A stretch of DNA of 63,014 bases, the filler included, from Ministeria vibrans ATCC 50519 (lineage: Eukaryota > Protista > Filasterea), in NCBI GenBank assembly GCA_943704425.1. It is 5 parts of 5 records of this genome, joined end to end, with 100 filler letters (N's around TTAATTAATTAA, not from the genome) between each part and the next. Parts side by side here need not be neighbours in the genome. Positions count along the whole stretch, not along the records: positions 1 to 27,976 come from CALSCP010002053.1; 4 more parts are not named here. One strand, written 5' to 3'. The notes beneath the pieces are model-generated. The model had not been told where the DNA came from. It saw only the letters and a program-made list of their open reading frames with translations, and did no database searches. The translations under genes and the position numbers were made by a program. Shown here in pieces: positions 13,967-28,076 of the stretch. Every line of letters begins with the position of its first letter. The stretch's first letter is position 1.

Positions 13967-14588
13967 TTAGGCTGATCCAGGTCCCCAGATGGGCTTGAGA
14001 GGATCGGGACGCATAAGAACCAGACCAAAGAGAACCAACTACAAAAACGTGTCAGTAAAGTGAAAGTGAATATGACTGAGACACAAAATGGAAAACACAC
14101 ACACACACACACACAGAGAGAAAGAGACGTAAAGAAGGCGACAGACGATGAAGCGGGGCTGACCTGGAGGGTGGGGACGATGGCGATGAGGGCCCACACC
14201 CAGAAGGGCACGGCGTACGCCCATGACTTGGCCGTGTGCATGTACGACACGTCCTGGCCCTCCTTCAGCAGCTGGTCGTACAGCTTCTGCTCCGACACGC
14301 TCATGCTTTCGTATGTCACCTACACACCGCGCGCCGAGTCAGTCGGCCAAAGCAACAGTCCCAAAACAATCACGAAAAAAATTTCAAAAACGAGAGCGAT
14401 CAATCAAAAGAAGAGAAAGAGAGTCCCTCTTGATACGGAGGCGACGGCGGGGGGTGAAAGCTGGCCCCAGGGGGGAGGGGCAGTGGGGCAAACCGAACCT
14501 GGACGTCGTGGTAGTAGTGGAACATGCCGATCCAGCCAAACACAGACAGAATGATGCACAGCGCAGCAACGCGTTGTCGGAAATTCAT
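13967..14588 (-). CDS. LYSET: Lysosomal enzyme trafficking factor (LYSET/TMEM251/GCAF) homologue, 3 exons
   Basis: Exons 14588-14499, 14319-14164 and 14038-13967 give MNFRQRVAALCIILSVFGWIGMFHYYHDVQVTY...AVPFWVWALIAIVPTLQLVLFGLVLMRPDP...*. Matches recalled TMEM251 hallmarks MNFRQR, PFWVW...VPxLQ and RxDP, with two TM segments. Confidence 0.85.
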
Positions 14589-14737
14589 CGCTCAACCAAC
14601 AACTGTCGACAGCACACGGGAAAGAAGAAAATGAGTAAAATTGTGAAATGTGAAGAAAAAAAGCCTCCAAATTCCAAATAATAGTCATTTCTGTGACTAA
14701 TTTCGAATCTCATTTGCACGATTTCACAATTTCACTG

Positions 14738-15759
14738 TTACGTCTGGCACGAGGCGATCTCCCTCTCATGCCCAACACACATGGTTTCCCGTTCCTTTCT
14801 ATGCGCACTGCTCCACGCCGTCTGCGCAATCGTGTTCCAATTCTCGGCGCAATTCGCTTCATCATAGTTGATCGCCCAGAAGGCAAGTCCCGCCGTGCGC
14901 TTCACCTCGATCGCATCTGCAGCAAGTGGCAGCGGCACGTCCATCCAAAACAGCTCTCCCCACAGTCTCATCATCTCCCCAATGCTGAGAGTTCCGTCCG
15001 TCAGCTGTGCCAGTCCATCAACAAACAGAGTCATTTGCGTTGCATTGAGCCGCCCCGCAAACGGCGACAGACGCGTAAAGTTGCGGTTTGCATTGGGAAT
15101 CTGATGGATCCAAGTGTAGATGTCAAACGTCTAAGAGAAAAAGTGTGAAAAGGGGAAAGTGAGAGAGTGAAACAAACCATAACATTCCCATTCCCACTTA
15201 CTTGTGCGTATCCCATCCAAATGTAGTACTCGTCGGGCGCCGCGTACTGCACGGAGAAGGTGTGGATGGCAACGGGGTTCACGTTGATGTTCACCTGCAG
15301 GAAGACGCGTCCGGCGGTCAGAGCGGGTGAGACACACTCACCCAGACCCAATTGACAGCGCAGCGAGAGGACTGTCTGCGCCACGCGCGACTTCTCGGGC
15401 GGCGCCACGCTTGAGAACTTCCAGTAGACAACGTTTGCAGACTGCACGGCAAAGTACTGCTGCCAGGCGAGCAGTGTGGCGTTGTTGATTGTTTGATTGT
15501 TCCGCTCCAGTTGTTGCGGCCACCCGGAAAAGATGAAGGAGACTATTTGCGCCGTCGAACCGCAGTCACAGCCACTAGGAGAGAATGTGCCGCTTGGTCC
15601 GGCGGCGACAATGAAGGAAGAGACGGCGTCGCGCGAGAGTCGGTCGCAATTGCTTCCCAAGCGGCTCAAAACCACATCCGAGCAAGAATCTGCATTGGAG
15701 AAGGGCACACAAAGAGCCGCCGCGTAGACAAGCATTATTATGATCTTGTGAAGCGCCAT
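14738..15759 (-). CDS. Secreted hypothetical protein (~315 aa, Cys-containing)
   Basis: Signal peptide (MLVYAAALCVPFSNA); phase-0 intron 15201-15131 joins two ORFs in frame; several N-glycosylation sequons; no family recognised. Confidence 0.7.
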
Positions 15760-15980
15760 CGATGTTCACAAAAAACGTTTATCGTGATGAATAAATAATT
15801 AGTGATGAATATTATTTTTGATTTTGATCTTGATCTTGATGACTTGATATTCTCATTGCTTTTTGTTGTCTCTACAGGTGTACCCGAGAGATACTGTCAT
15901 AACCTTTAGGAAACAACGACGTGTCTGACCTTGCGGTTTTTGCCTGCTCTCTCTCTCTCTCTCTCTCTCTGCCCTACAGC

Positions 15981-17805
15981 ATGCTTCTGCGCCTGACTGC
16001 CGTCCTATTTGTGCTCTCGCTCGCTCGGCTGCACGTTGAGGCGTCGGTTGACGCCGACACGGTGGCTCCCGAGGGCTCGTGTCCCGTGGGCGACGAGGGC
16101 TGCCTTGGCGCTCGAATGGCGTGCGCTGATGGCCGGATAGAGATGCAGTATTCGCGCGACAAGAGCGTCGTTGTGTTTGACGCGTTCATTGCCGCACCGC
16201 GCCTCGTTGCGCTTGTTCTGCCGGCCACCGTCGAGCACAAGCGCATGCACACCATGGACCGCGGCAAAGTCCCGAAATCATTCAATATCGATCGGGCACT
16301 GCAACTCGGCGAACTGACGTCGCCACCGCACCGCCTCGCGTGTCGCTTCTCGGGCGTCTCTGGCAGCGACAGCGACGCGACAGTTGCCGCCACCGCCGCC
16401 TTCCTCGACGACAAGAGCCACCATGCACACTCCACTGCGATCCACTGTGTTCCGCCCGAGGAAATCTGGTCGCAGTGGCTCACGGGCGCACAGCGACTCG
16501 TCACGTTGGAAATCAACGACGACCCAACACTCTCAGTGGGTCCCTTCCCCCTCTGTATCCCCCGCGAAGTCCTCAACTCCACCCAGCCCAGCCAGACAGC
16601 GCCGCAGCACAAGCTCGTTGTGTGCTCGAGCCCCTTAATCACGCTGCGTCGACAGGGCGGCGAATTCTTCACCGACGCAAACCACTTTTCGGCACTGTGG
16701 CACTGGATCGAGCACAACCGTCAAATCGGAGTCGAGCATTTCTACGTACCCCCTCTCCCCCCTCAATTACCATTTTATACTACAGCTCTTGAAAATGCCA
16801 TACGTTTGTTGTTGTGTTCGTAGCTTTACGATGTGAGTGCGCTCACTGGAAATCGCGCAATGAACTCTCATCATCGGACAATTCTCGAGCGACTCATTTC
16901 ACTGGGGGTTGTGACACACATTCCCTTTGGTCAGTGGAGCAAAGATGGATTTGAGCAAATGAACAGTTTCCAGGAAGTTGCTCAGGTACGCCTTAACTCT
17001 AACCCTATCATATATGTCATGACGTTTTGTTTTTTTGTTTTTTTCAGCAACACTGTGTTCAGAAATACGGACAGGCCACTGAGTGGATTGGAATGTACGA
17101 TCCCGACGAGATGTGGATTCCTCTCCGCAAAAAGGAACGCACAGTCATTCCATTCCTCAATGAAATCAAAGAAACCAAACCAAACATTGGAGAAGGTACA
17201 GTATCATCAACTACCACACATACACTTACCCACACTTACCCACCACACTTAGTGTGGGCATCGCCCGTTAACTACGGAGTGTGCGACTATGAGCGCAAAA
17301 TGGGCGGCAGTGTGTTTGACCGCTGCACCAAAAGCACCGTGTTCAATCCAGACAATGAAAAGGGCGAGGCGGAGCGCCCCAGCACACGCGGGGTGTACAC
17401 AAAATACTTTATGCGTCCCGAACTGGTAAAACTGTCTTCTCTCTTTCTCTTTCTCTCTCCCTCTTTCTTTCTTTCTTTCTTTTTCTTCTTTTCTTTCTCT
17501 TTCTTCTCTGTACTCCTACTTATTACGCACTCTCCCGATTGCTTCTCTAAACCACGTGTGTCTAGGTGTTGGGTCCTGGAGTGCATAAGGTGCTTTTGTT
17601 CAAGAGCCCTCAGACCCTCACGTATGAGATTCCCAAAGAGCGCATTCGCCTCAATCACTACATCTCGACCTTTTACAAGCGTGCCTATGTGCAGCCAAGT
17701 ATGAAGCTGGTCACTGACCCAATTGCACGTGAGCTCTTTGGGAAGGACCTCAAGAGACGCATGAAGGTGTTGGGCGATCCCATTGTCAAACACAAGAAGA
17801 AGTAA
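15981..17805 (+). CDS. Glycosyltransferase family 92 (DUF23)-like
   Basis: N-terminal hydrophobic segment; KLVVCSSPL...WIEHNRQIGVEHFY|LYD, Q..AQ|QHC...WIGMYDPDE (DxD), KYFMRPEL|VLGPGVH; four introns. Confidence 0.82.
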
Positions 17806-17891
17806 TACACACAAATAGTTCGCGATCCCATACGAAAATAGGAAAAGACGTAATAAACAACGGACCATAGTGCATTCTCCTCTCTCTGTTG

Positions 17892-18304
17892 TTACGATGC
17901 AACTCCGACATACGACGTCTCCTTTCCCGTCTTCTTGATCTGTGCCAAGAGCGTGTCCGCATCGACAGTGCTCTACAATCATAATGATGAGAAAGAATCA
18001 GAAGAAGAACACATAATGTTCAATGTGTGAGCAAAAGTGTGTGAAAAAAAAAGAGCAAAAGCGATTTTTGTCAACTCTCGTACCGTCACTTTGACGCGCT
18101 TGGTCTCCAGGTTGCACTCGATGTTCGACACGCCTGCTCGGTGGCAACAGCAACGCACAAACACTCGTGTGAGCGGTTTGACAGACAAATGAACAAAAAA
18201 AAAAGTCAATGTTTACCATCCAACTTTTTCAAGACGCGCTCCACTGCTCCCGAGCAGCCTCCACACGTCATAGCGACGCTGAATTCGTGTACAGATTCTG
18301 ACAT
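17892..18304 (-). CDS. ATOX1: Copper chaperone Atx1/ATOX1 (HMA domain), 3 exons
   Basis: Exons 18304-18217, 18133-18084 and 17972-17892 give MSESVHEFSVAMTCGGCSGAVERVLKKLDGVSNIECNLETKRVKVTSTVDADTLLAQIKKTGKETSYVGVAS*, with MxCxxC and KTGK. Confidence 0.96.
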
Positions 18305-19571
18305 GTTTGTAAAAAGAAAAAGTGAAAAAAAAATTATTGGAAGATTTTGAACTCTGAACTACTACAACTCATTTCATATTACAAAGATGGGAAACCCCGC
18401 TTTGCTGTCCGCCAACAGATGTCAGAGAGACAAACCCCACAGACGTGAGACGTGATTCCTCATTAGTGATTAGTGAGTGCAGAACCGCCTTTGCTCGACC
18501 GTCATTCCGGCGAAATCAATCGTCAAAAAAGCGGCGCGTTGGCGGCAAAATTACAAATAATTCTCTCTCTCGGGCGAATGGACTTTATTTACGGGCATAT
18601 CTTGAGTGTAAGTGCAGAGCAAGACGTAAGTGAGTCAGTTGAGTCTTGCCTTACTTAGTCAAGCCTTCGATATCTGCCTGAGTTTGTCGATGAAAGAAAA
18701 CAAAAACGGGGGATTATAATTATTAATTTTTATTATTTATTAAATTCATTATTCTTGATCGATGCGTGGCCCATTGTCATACTTCAGATTACAAGCCTGG
18801 TATGTAGCTCTGTGTAATTTAAAAAAAAAATTGTGTGGGGAAAGGTGTCTGCATGAAATGTGCATATTTGAGGGTGTGTAACCCTGAAGCGACTGTGGGA
18901 GAGCAGGGGTGTTGTTGTGCGATGACAGTGATAGGTGGTTTGCGTGTTCAGGGTTGTGAGACAACTCTCGTTTGGGTTGTGGCCAAGAGCAGCTGCTTAT
19001 ACGCTGCTTAGGGAGATTTTTATTTTATTTCGTCCGAACAAAAAAAAAGTCGGTGTATTCGCGGTTCGTTCTTTTTCTCGCTACCTCAAGCTTTCCCTCA
19101 TTTAACCTTTGGCTGTCTGAAATGGGCTGCTCGTCTATAGCGGCCGGAGGATGGAGCAAGAACGGCTTTGGTTGATGTTGGGCTCCTGTGGTGTTGAGGG
19201 CTCTTGTGCAATAGTCTGCGAAGTGTGAACTTACTCCGCAGGGTCGACTTGTCGATTTATTGCATTCCTCGAGAATTTGATACGTCATTTTGTCTCGAAG
19301 TATTTGGCCTAAACAGTAGATGTGCGTGCTTGCTTTGTGGCTTTTAAAATTTAATGCTCAATGGTGGCAGAGTTCTCGACGCATGTCGGTCCGGTCACGA
19401 AGGCGTGTGGTTGGTGGCAGATAGGCGGAGATTCCGGATGCCATTAATATTATATTAAAGGGGTTAACGAAATTGACTTGGGAGTTGGGGCAAAGGAGTC
19501 ACACACAGGGTTGCTTTGCACGCAACACTAACACAGGCACGGCGCCACTACTACTTTTGAATAGTTCAATC

Positions 19572-19829
19572 ATGAAGCAGGCTGCTTCTCTTGTCTTCGT
19601 CTGGGCTCTCCTCTGCGCCACCGTTGAAGCTGGCCCGGGAGTATGCATAGCTGCGGTGACAACGTGCTGCACGGCGTCGTTCTTCTGGCAGCCCGCACTG
19701 GCGGGCGGGTGCCTTGCCTGCTGCGGACACTGCATCCCCGGCTATGTCGGCCCTGTCGGTCCCGCCGACGTCTTTGCCGCCCACTGTTGCGCCATTGGCG
19801 TAGCCGCGGGTATTGCGCCTACCCCGTAG
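19572..19829 (+). CDS. Small secreted cysteine-rich peptide (AGP...APTP type)
   Basis: 85 aa: signal peptide ending VEA|GP, 9 Cys in the mature part including three CC pairs, C-terminus APTP*; GC-rich ORF in a lower-GC context. Confidence 0.75.
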   Translation: MKQAASLVFVWALLCATVEAGPGVCIAAVTTCCTASFFWQPALAGGCLACCGHCIPGYVGPVGPADVFAAHCCAIGVAAGIAPTP

Positions 19830-20317
19830 CCGCGGTGTCCGCCGTCTTTCTATCAGTCAGTCAATCTACGTCTAACAATTATTAGTGAATACAACAAGAA
19901 GAACAACACAACACAACAAGACAGTCCATGACACAAAAAAAACTGTAAACATACGGCCCATCATGGATTTGGTTTATCCCCCTTACCAGAGAGCAACCAA
20001 GACTGCGACAAGACGCGTCGGCACTAACGTACTGTGAGACCTTTCATTGAACTTATTTCTCATAATATTATCGATCAGTGGTCCAGAAATTACCGACCCT
20101 CTCCGTATCCGTACTTTGTACCAAACTACTGATTACTGGAGTTACGATTTTAGATTTATGAAGGCCCAAAGTACTTAGTGCCGATTTTGATGCAGTTATT
20201 GCAATAATTGCATACCCACTACAATTCATTGAGTTTTTCTTTGCGTCTGAAAATTGAAAAAGCAATACTCCTCGTAATTATTTTGACATTTATCAAACTT
20301 TTTTTTTTTCTCTTGGC

Positions 20318-23220
<2,903 letters not shown>

Positions 23221-23299
23221 TAAGAAAGAGAATCGAATGATCTTAAAAACAAAAACAAAAAACAAAACAGAAACAAAGAGAATAATTATGTATATCACA

Positions 23300-26200
23300 T
23301 CACAGAGTCTCCCATTCAACGGCAGGGACAGCGCTACGTCGGTCCTCAATGATCCGACAGAGATCGTGGGAAATGTAATCGTCGTTGAGCTTGGCATAGC
23401 GATCGGCGTTGAGCTTGAGACGGACGCCGCGACGCAGACCATTGTCGGGCTCGCCGTGGGCGTCGAGGTAAGGAGCGTGCGAGCGGAAGCCTGTGCGGTT
23501 GTGCGAGTCGAGGTAAACAATAACCGCTGACTTGACAAGAAGAAAAATGCAGGCGGAGCGCGAGCACTGCTGCGCGTGCGTAAACAAGTCACCGCGTTGT
23601 TGGCAGCAGCGCACCTTGACAAACGCACCGCACAGCAGACACAGTGCAGGGTCAGACTGGCGGCAGACGGTACAGCGAACGCGAGAGGTCGCAGATGCGT
23701 CCAGCAAGAAAGTGTCGTAGTTAAGTGGAAGAGGAATGAGCGCCGAGAAGCCGTCGACGTGAGGAGGGAGCATGGGCGCAGGAAGGAACGCAACAACGCT
23801 CGAGAGGTCATGCGTGACGCCCGGAGGGAAGAAGTGGTCGCGCAAAGAGGACGACTCGAGAAGTGACGGGAGGCACACGTTCGCGTAGAGTGGTTTTATT
23901 TGTGTGCTGGTCCAGTCAGCAAAAAGGCTCTCTTCGGCAAACAAGACTACGGCCAAGAGTGCACTGCGCCGCAAAAAGACCAAAAGCGCCCGACGCACAC
24001 AGTTCACCACACACTTAAGACGCCTCGACGACACCTCGGCGGTCACACCACCAGCAGCGACCGAGGTAAACTCCGCGGCGTGTGCCTCCACAAACGCAGC
24101 AAGGCCATTCATTTGACGGCGTACAATCGCATCGTCGTCATCATCAACAGGTGCAGCGTCGTCTGGGAGAGCCCTCTCGTCGAGAACCATGGCACCAAAC
24201 ACCGCCTGGAGGACCACCATGGAGGCACAAAAAGTGGCGCACACACGGAACTGGTGTGCGCTCAGTGAACCTGCACTGGTGGAAGGGTGGAAGCGCGTCA
24301 CAACCACCGTCGACACGAGCAGCTTGAAAGGGTCGCTCTGAGGAAAACACTGGACGGGCGAGATAAACTTGACAAAGAACTCGGCCAGCGACGACGTGTT
24401 GAGCTGCGGCTCTTTGAGAATGGCGAGCGCACGGATCTCGGAGACAACCAAGAGGAGATGACGCAGGAAACTGAGACGCTGGGGTCGCACATGACGACTG
24501 CGCACGAGCAGACGCTGCTCCGACTCGAGCGACGCCAGTGTGTACGCACATATCTTTGGTAGTTGGCTTGGCTTACCAAGTGCCGAAAACAATGCAACGT
24601 CAATGGCAGCGTCGTCGCCCGTCAGACGCGACGGAAGCACGAGTGGCGCGTCAATGTGCAGCTGGGACGCGATCCAGGTAGGAAGCTCAGAGGCAGTCGC
24701 AGGCGCATCGCCCGTCCACACTGTGCTGCTGCCATGCGATGGGGTGTGAGCTGGCAACACTGGTACAACCAGACTGACTGGTGTCTTGCACATGGGACAG
24801 GCATGGCGCAACCGACGCGTTGCACTCGACTTGGCCCAGCACTGCTTGTGCACGCAGTGCCCGCACGAGCCAAAGTACACATTCGAGCCGCCCGCCACCG
24901 CACGCGTCTCCAACTGATGGCGCTGCTCAAACTGTTCGTCGTACTCGGGCACTGCAAATGCCAATGACTCTGCTTGGGGCATGTAGCGACGCCGCGCAAT
25001 GGTCGAGAGAACACTCGACACTTGACAGCTCGCAAGTACCCCAATAACATCGTCGGGTTCGTCCGTTTGACACAGAATGCACACGTCGTCCTCGTGCATA
25101 CTCTCGTCGTCCAGTGTGAAGCCGCTGAGTGACGAACTGGTGCGTTCGCGACCCACCGACGAAGGTGTGCTTACGTTCGAAGTTGCTGTCGTCGTGGTGC
25201 TAGCGGATTTGCCTCCCAACGTTGCGGCTGCGGCAGAGGAGCTGTCGTCACCGGCCGAGGGACTGCCGCTCTCGACTTCGGCAATAAACTTATTCTGTGC
25301 CGTCTGCATCATTTTAAGGGCCTTTTCGCGACGCAACCGAGCCATGTCCTGCTTGCGTTTCTTCTCGGCCGCCTTGTCCTCCTCGCTGGGTCCCGCGTCG
25401 GCCGCGGCGACACGCAACGGCCCAATGGCCGTCTGGGCCACCGAGCCCCCTGCACGTAACAGCAGATTGACAACGTACTTGGCGTGCGCTGCAAGTCGGT
25501 CAGGACTCGCGGGAGCATCGGCGAGCGTCACAATGCTAGCAAAGAGCGACGGTTTCAATTGGGTGTCACACACCTGTTGAACAAAGCCAGTGTGTTCGCG
25601 CTCGTCGATGAGCGCCCCGAGTGCAACTGCGTCGAGTGCCGCACTCACACACGCATCAGAGACGGTCGATTTCTTCTCCTCCTTCTTCGGCTGCTCGTTG
25701 GCGGCGCTTGCAGCAGCAGCAGCAGCAGTGGTGGAAAGCAGGATGGGCTCGTGAATGAGCTGCAGTGTCTGTTTGCACACAAGCACCTGGTCGAGGCGTG
25801 CAAAGTTGGCGTGCAGTGGTGGAGGCAGGGGCATGGGCACGTAGGAGGCGTCTGACTTGGACGTGGTGGTCGCAGACGATGATGATGATGACGACGACGA
25901 CGATTTCTTTTCGAGGAGCGAGCAGACGTGTTGTTTGGCAAGCTGGCGGTCGGAGCGAGGATAGTGGATGAAGTATGGATTAAACTGTGCAAGGAGATTG
26001 TCATGAGCGGTGTAGACTCCGTCGGACGACGCCTCGGGACGGCGGTAGGAGGCGCACTGAGCAAGCGTCGACTCGAGCAGATCGTTGGAGACAATGTCGG
26101 GCGAGATGTTCTGGCGCAGACTGCTGTATGTCTGGGTAGGTGCTGTGAGCAGCCGGTGGGTGACCTCGCGCAGAGCAATAGACTCGAGTGTGACAGTGGA

Positions 26201-27856
26201 CGACACGCAGAGGCGATAGCGCTCAGACGTGATCTGGATAAGGAGCGACAGAAGATCTTCGAGCACGGACGAGTAGAAATCGTGAGCAAACTGTCGCATT
26301 TGGTTGAGCTGGAACAGGTCTATGAGGGTGCCCACAAACTCGCCAGAGTTCATGCAGGCGGCGCAGATCTGCAAGATAAAGAGGTCTCGGTTGAACGTGT
26401 GGATGGCGCACGTGACAAAGGTGTAGTTGTAGACGACGTTGGCAACGGAAAGGCCGTTGCGCACCCACAAACCCGTCCGTTGGTGCGCCACAAAAGCCAT
26501 GATGCGCGCCGGGTGTTCCATAAGAGCGCGAGGAACCAATGAGCCGGTGTTAAACGAGTTGCCAAACTGGGCAAAAGTGAGGTCGGGATGGCGCACAAAA
26601 GCACTCTCAATGAGACATGCAAGAAAGCGGTGGAGCGGGATGTGGACACTGACACGGTCCGAGAGCACATCAAACTTGGGGTTGCTGGTGGTCTCGGACC
26701 AAAAAAGGCCATCGGGCGACTGGGACAGAACCATGCGTTCACGAATGCGTGAGACGACACTGTCGACAGCGTAGGTGATACTCTCGACACCAGCCGCGGC
26801 AGTGTAGATGGCAAAGAGAGGCGAGAGGGGCGATGTGTGAAGGAGAAGGGTGAAGGCGGTCTTCCAGTCGTCGCTCTCGTACTCAACGTGCGCGCCCGTC
26901 TTGCGCGAGACAAAATCCATGTTGTGAAAGAGCGCAAGAAAGTACCCAAAGGCGACCTGAGGACTAGTCTCCCACTCGACGGCGGCCGATACGGGCTGGC
27001 TGGTGTGGCGCAACAAATACATCAGGTCGGTAAGTTGGTGGCGATAGCGACGGTTGCTGATGTGATCGTTGAGTGACTCGCAGCTGAGGTCCACTCTGGC
27101 TGAACGATGTGAGTCCGGCTGCGCTGTGGATTCGGTGTAGTTTGCCAGGAAGATGTTGAGAAGGGAGAAGGAGACGCGACGCAGCAAGCCCCAGCTCTTG
27201 TTGAGTTCGTGGACCAGCGAGGGCACGGTGAACAGCTGCACGGTGACGGCAATGACCGAGTCACTGGCCTCGTGTGTGTCGCGAGCAAATTCGTCGTAGA
27301 TACGACGGTAGTTGCGCGTAAAGAGCATTGCAAAGCGCGCCTTGTAGAGCGGATCAATCATGAATGACGCCATGTAAAGGGTGTGCAGACGCGCACGCAC
27401 TGTCTTCCATATGCGCGCATCGGACAGCAGAAAACGCTCGAGGAGACAAGCGTGGGTCTCGCGAGCGGCACGCGCGGCCCGCAGTGCACCCTGACGCTCT
27501 GCGTCCGGACTGCCGTGGATGGCCACGTCGAGAGCAAGCTCGTTGTCTGTCTCCACCTGCACATCTGGATTGTATGTCAGAGGCGCGTCGCAAGGACGCA
27601 CAAAGGCATGACAGAGCAAGCGGCGAAACACGTCCTGGCGCGACGCAAGATCGGACAACCACGAGATAAGCTCAACGGCCATGGCCTGGTGCATCATTAC
27701 GCGCGTCGGCATCACCGACACACGCAAGGGCTCCGTCAGCTCCCCTTCGCCAAACAAGCCTGAGTCCAATGGCAAGTGTGGTGTGCGTGCCGCAACAACC
27801 GATGCAATTTCGTCGCTCTTGGCTCGAGAGCGTTCAATCGCAATCGTAGCACGACC
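23300..27856 (-). CDS. UBR1: UBR1/UBR2-type N-recognin E3 ubiquitin ligase, 5' part lost at contig end
   Basis: About 4.5-kb exon: WKTVR..LH, VQLFTVPSL, RKTGAHVEYE, VSVHIPLHRFL, WVRNG, RING CILCQ...CGHCVHKQC...CPMCK, and C-terminal CLLCG...HAQQC...PYLDAHGEPD.GLRRG. The UBR box is not in the window. Confidence 0.92.
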   Translation of the reverse strand, partial: GRATIAIERSRAKSDEIASVVAARTPHLPLDSGLFGEGELTEPLRVSVMPTRVMMHQAMAVELISWLSDLASRQDVFRRLLCHAFVRPCDAPLTYNPDVQVETDNELALDVAIHGSPDAERQGALRAARAARETHACLLERFLLSDARIWKTVRARLHTLYMASFMIDPLYKARFAMLFTRNYRRIYDEFARDTHEASDSVIAVTVQLFTVPSLVHELNKSWGLLRRVSFSLLNIFLANYTESTAQPDSHRSARVDLSCESLNDHISNRRYRHQLTDLMYLLRHTSQPVSAAVEWETSPQVAFGYFLALFHNMDFVSRKTGAHVEYESDDWKTAFTLLLHTSPLSPLFAIYTAAAGVESITYAVDSVVSRIRERMVLSQSPDGLFWSETTSNPKFDVLSDRVSVHIPLHRFLACLIESAFVRHPDLTFAQFGNSFNTGSLVPRALMEHPARIMAFVAHQRTGLWVRNGLSVANVVYNYTFVTCAIHTFNRDLFILQICAACMNSGEFVGTLIDLFQLNQMRQFAHDFYSSVLEDLLSLLIQITSERYRLCVSSTVTLESIALREVTHRLLTAPTQTYSSLRQNISPDIVSNDLLESTLAQCASYRRPEASSDGVYTAHDNLLAQFNPYFIHYPRSDRQLAKQHVCSLLEKKSSSSSSSSSSATTTSKSDASYVPMPLPPPLHANFARLDQVLVCKQTLQLIHEPILLSTTAAAAAASAANEQPKKEEKKSTVSDACVSAALDAVALGALIDEREHTGFVQQVCDTQLKPSLFASIVTLADAPASPDRLAAHAKYVVNLLLRAGGSVAQTAIGPLRVAAADAGPSEEDKAAEKKRKQDMARLRREKALKMMQTAQNKFIAEVESGSPSAGDDSSSAAAATLGGKSASTTTTATSNVSTPSSVGRERTSSSLSGFTLDDESMHEDDVCILCQTDEPDDVIGVLASCQVSSVLSTIARRRYMPQAESLAFAVPEYDEQFEQRHQLETRAVAGGSNVYFGSCGHCVHKQCWAKSSATRRLRHACPMCKTPVSLVVPVLPAHTPSHGSSTVWTGDAPATASELPTWIASQLHIDAPLVLPSRLTGDDAAIDVALFSALGKPSQLPKICAYTLASLESEQRLLVRSRHVRPQRLSFLRHLLLVVSEIRALAILKEPQLNTSSLAEFFVKFISPVQCFPQSDPFKLLVSTVVVTRFHPSTSAGSLSAHQFRVCATFCASMVVLQAVFGAMVLDERALPDDAAPVDDDDDAIVRRQMNGLAAFVEAHAAEFTSVAAGGVTAEVSSRRLKCVVNCVRRALLVFLRRSALLAVVLFAEESLFADWTSTQIKPLYANVCLPSLLESSSLRDHFFPPGVTHDLSSVVAFLPAPMLPPHVDGFSALIPLPLNYDTFLLDASATSRVRCTVCRQSDPALCLLCGAFVKVRCCQQRGDLFTHAQQCSRSACIFLLVKSAVIVYLDSHNRTGFRSHAPYLDAHGEPDNGLRRGVRLKLNADRYAKLNDDYISHDLCRIIEDRRSAVPAVEWETL

Positions 27857-27977
27857 CTGTTCAAAAATTAATAAAGAAAAAAGAGTGTGTGTCAGTCGTG
27901 GTTTTTCTCCTTGTATCATTGTTTCTGTCCCATTCCTTTTCTTTTCAATGTCTGGCCTGTGACACAATCGTCTTTGN

Positions 27978-28076
27978 NNNNNNNNNNNNNNNNNNNNNNN
28001 NNNNNNNNNNNNNNNNNNNNTTAATTAATTAANNNNNNNNNNNNNNNNNNNNNNNNNNNNNNNNNNNNNNNNNNNN
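27978..28076. other. Artificial contig spacer (N-run, TTAATTAATTAA, N-run)
   Basis: Six-frame stop linker flanked by Ns; same structure recurs four times. Confidence 0.95.

Noticed and set aside
18380-19470. 1.1-kb intergenic stretch with short ORFs
   Set aside because: No recognisable protein motif, RNA gene or terminal repeat; left unannotated.
28021-28032. TTAATTAATTAA palindrome repeated four times in the window
   Set aside because: Always flanked by N runs; it is a six-frame-stop assembly linker, not a biological element.
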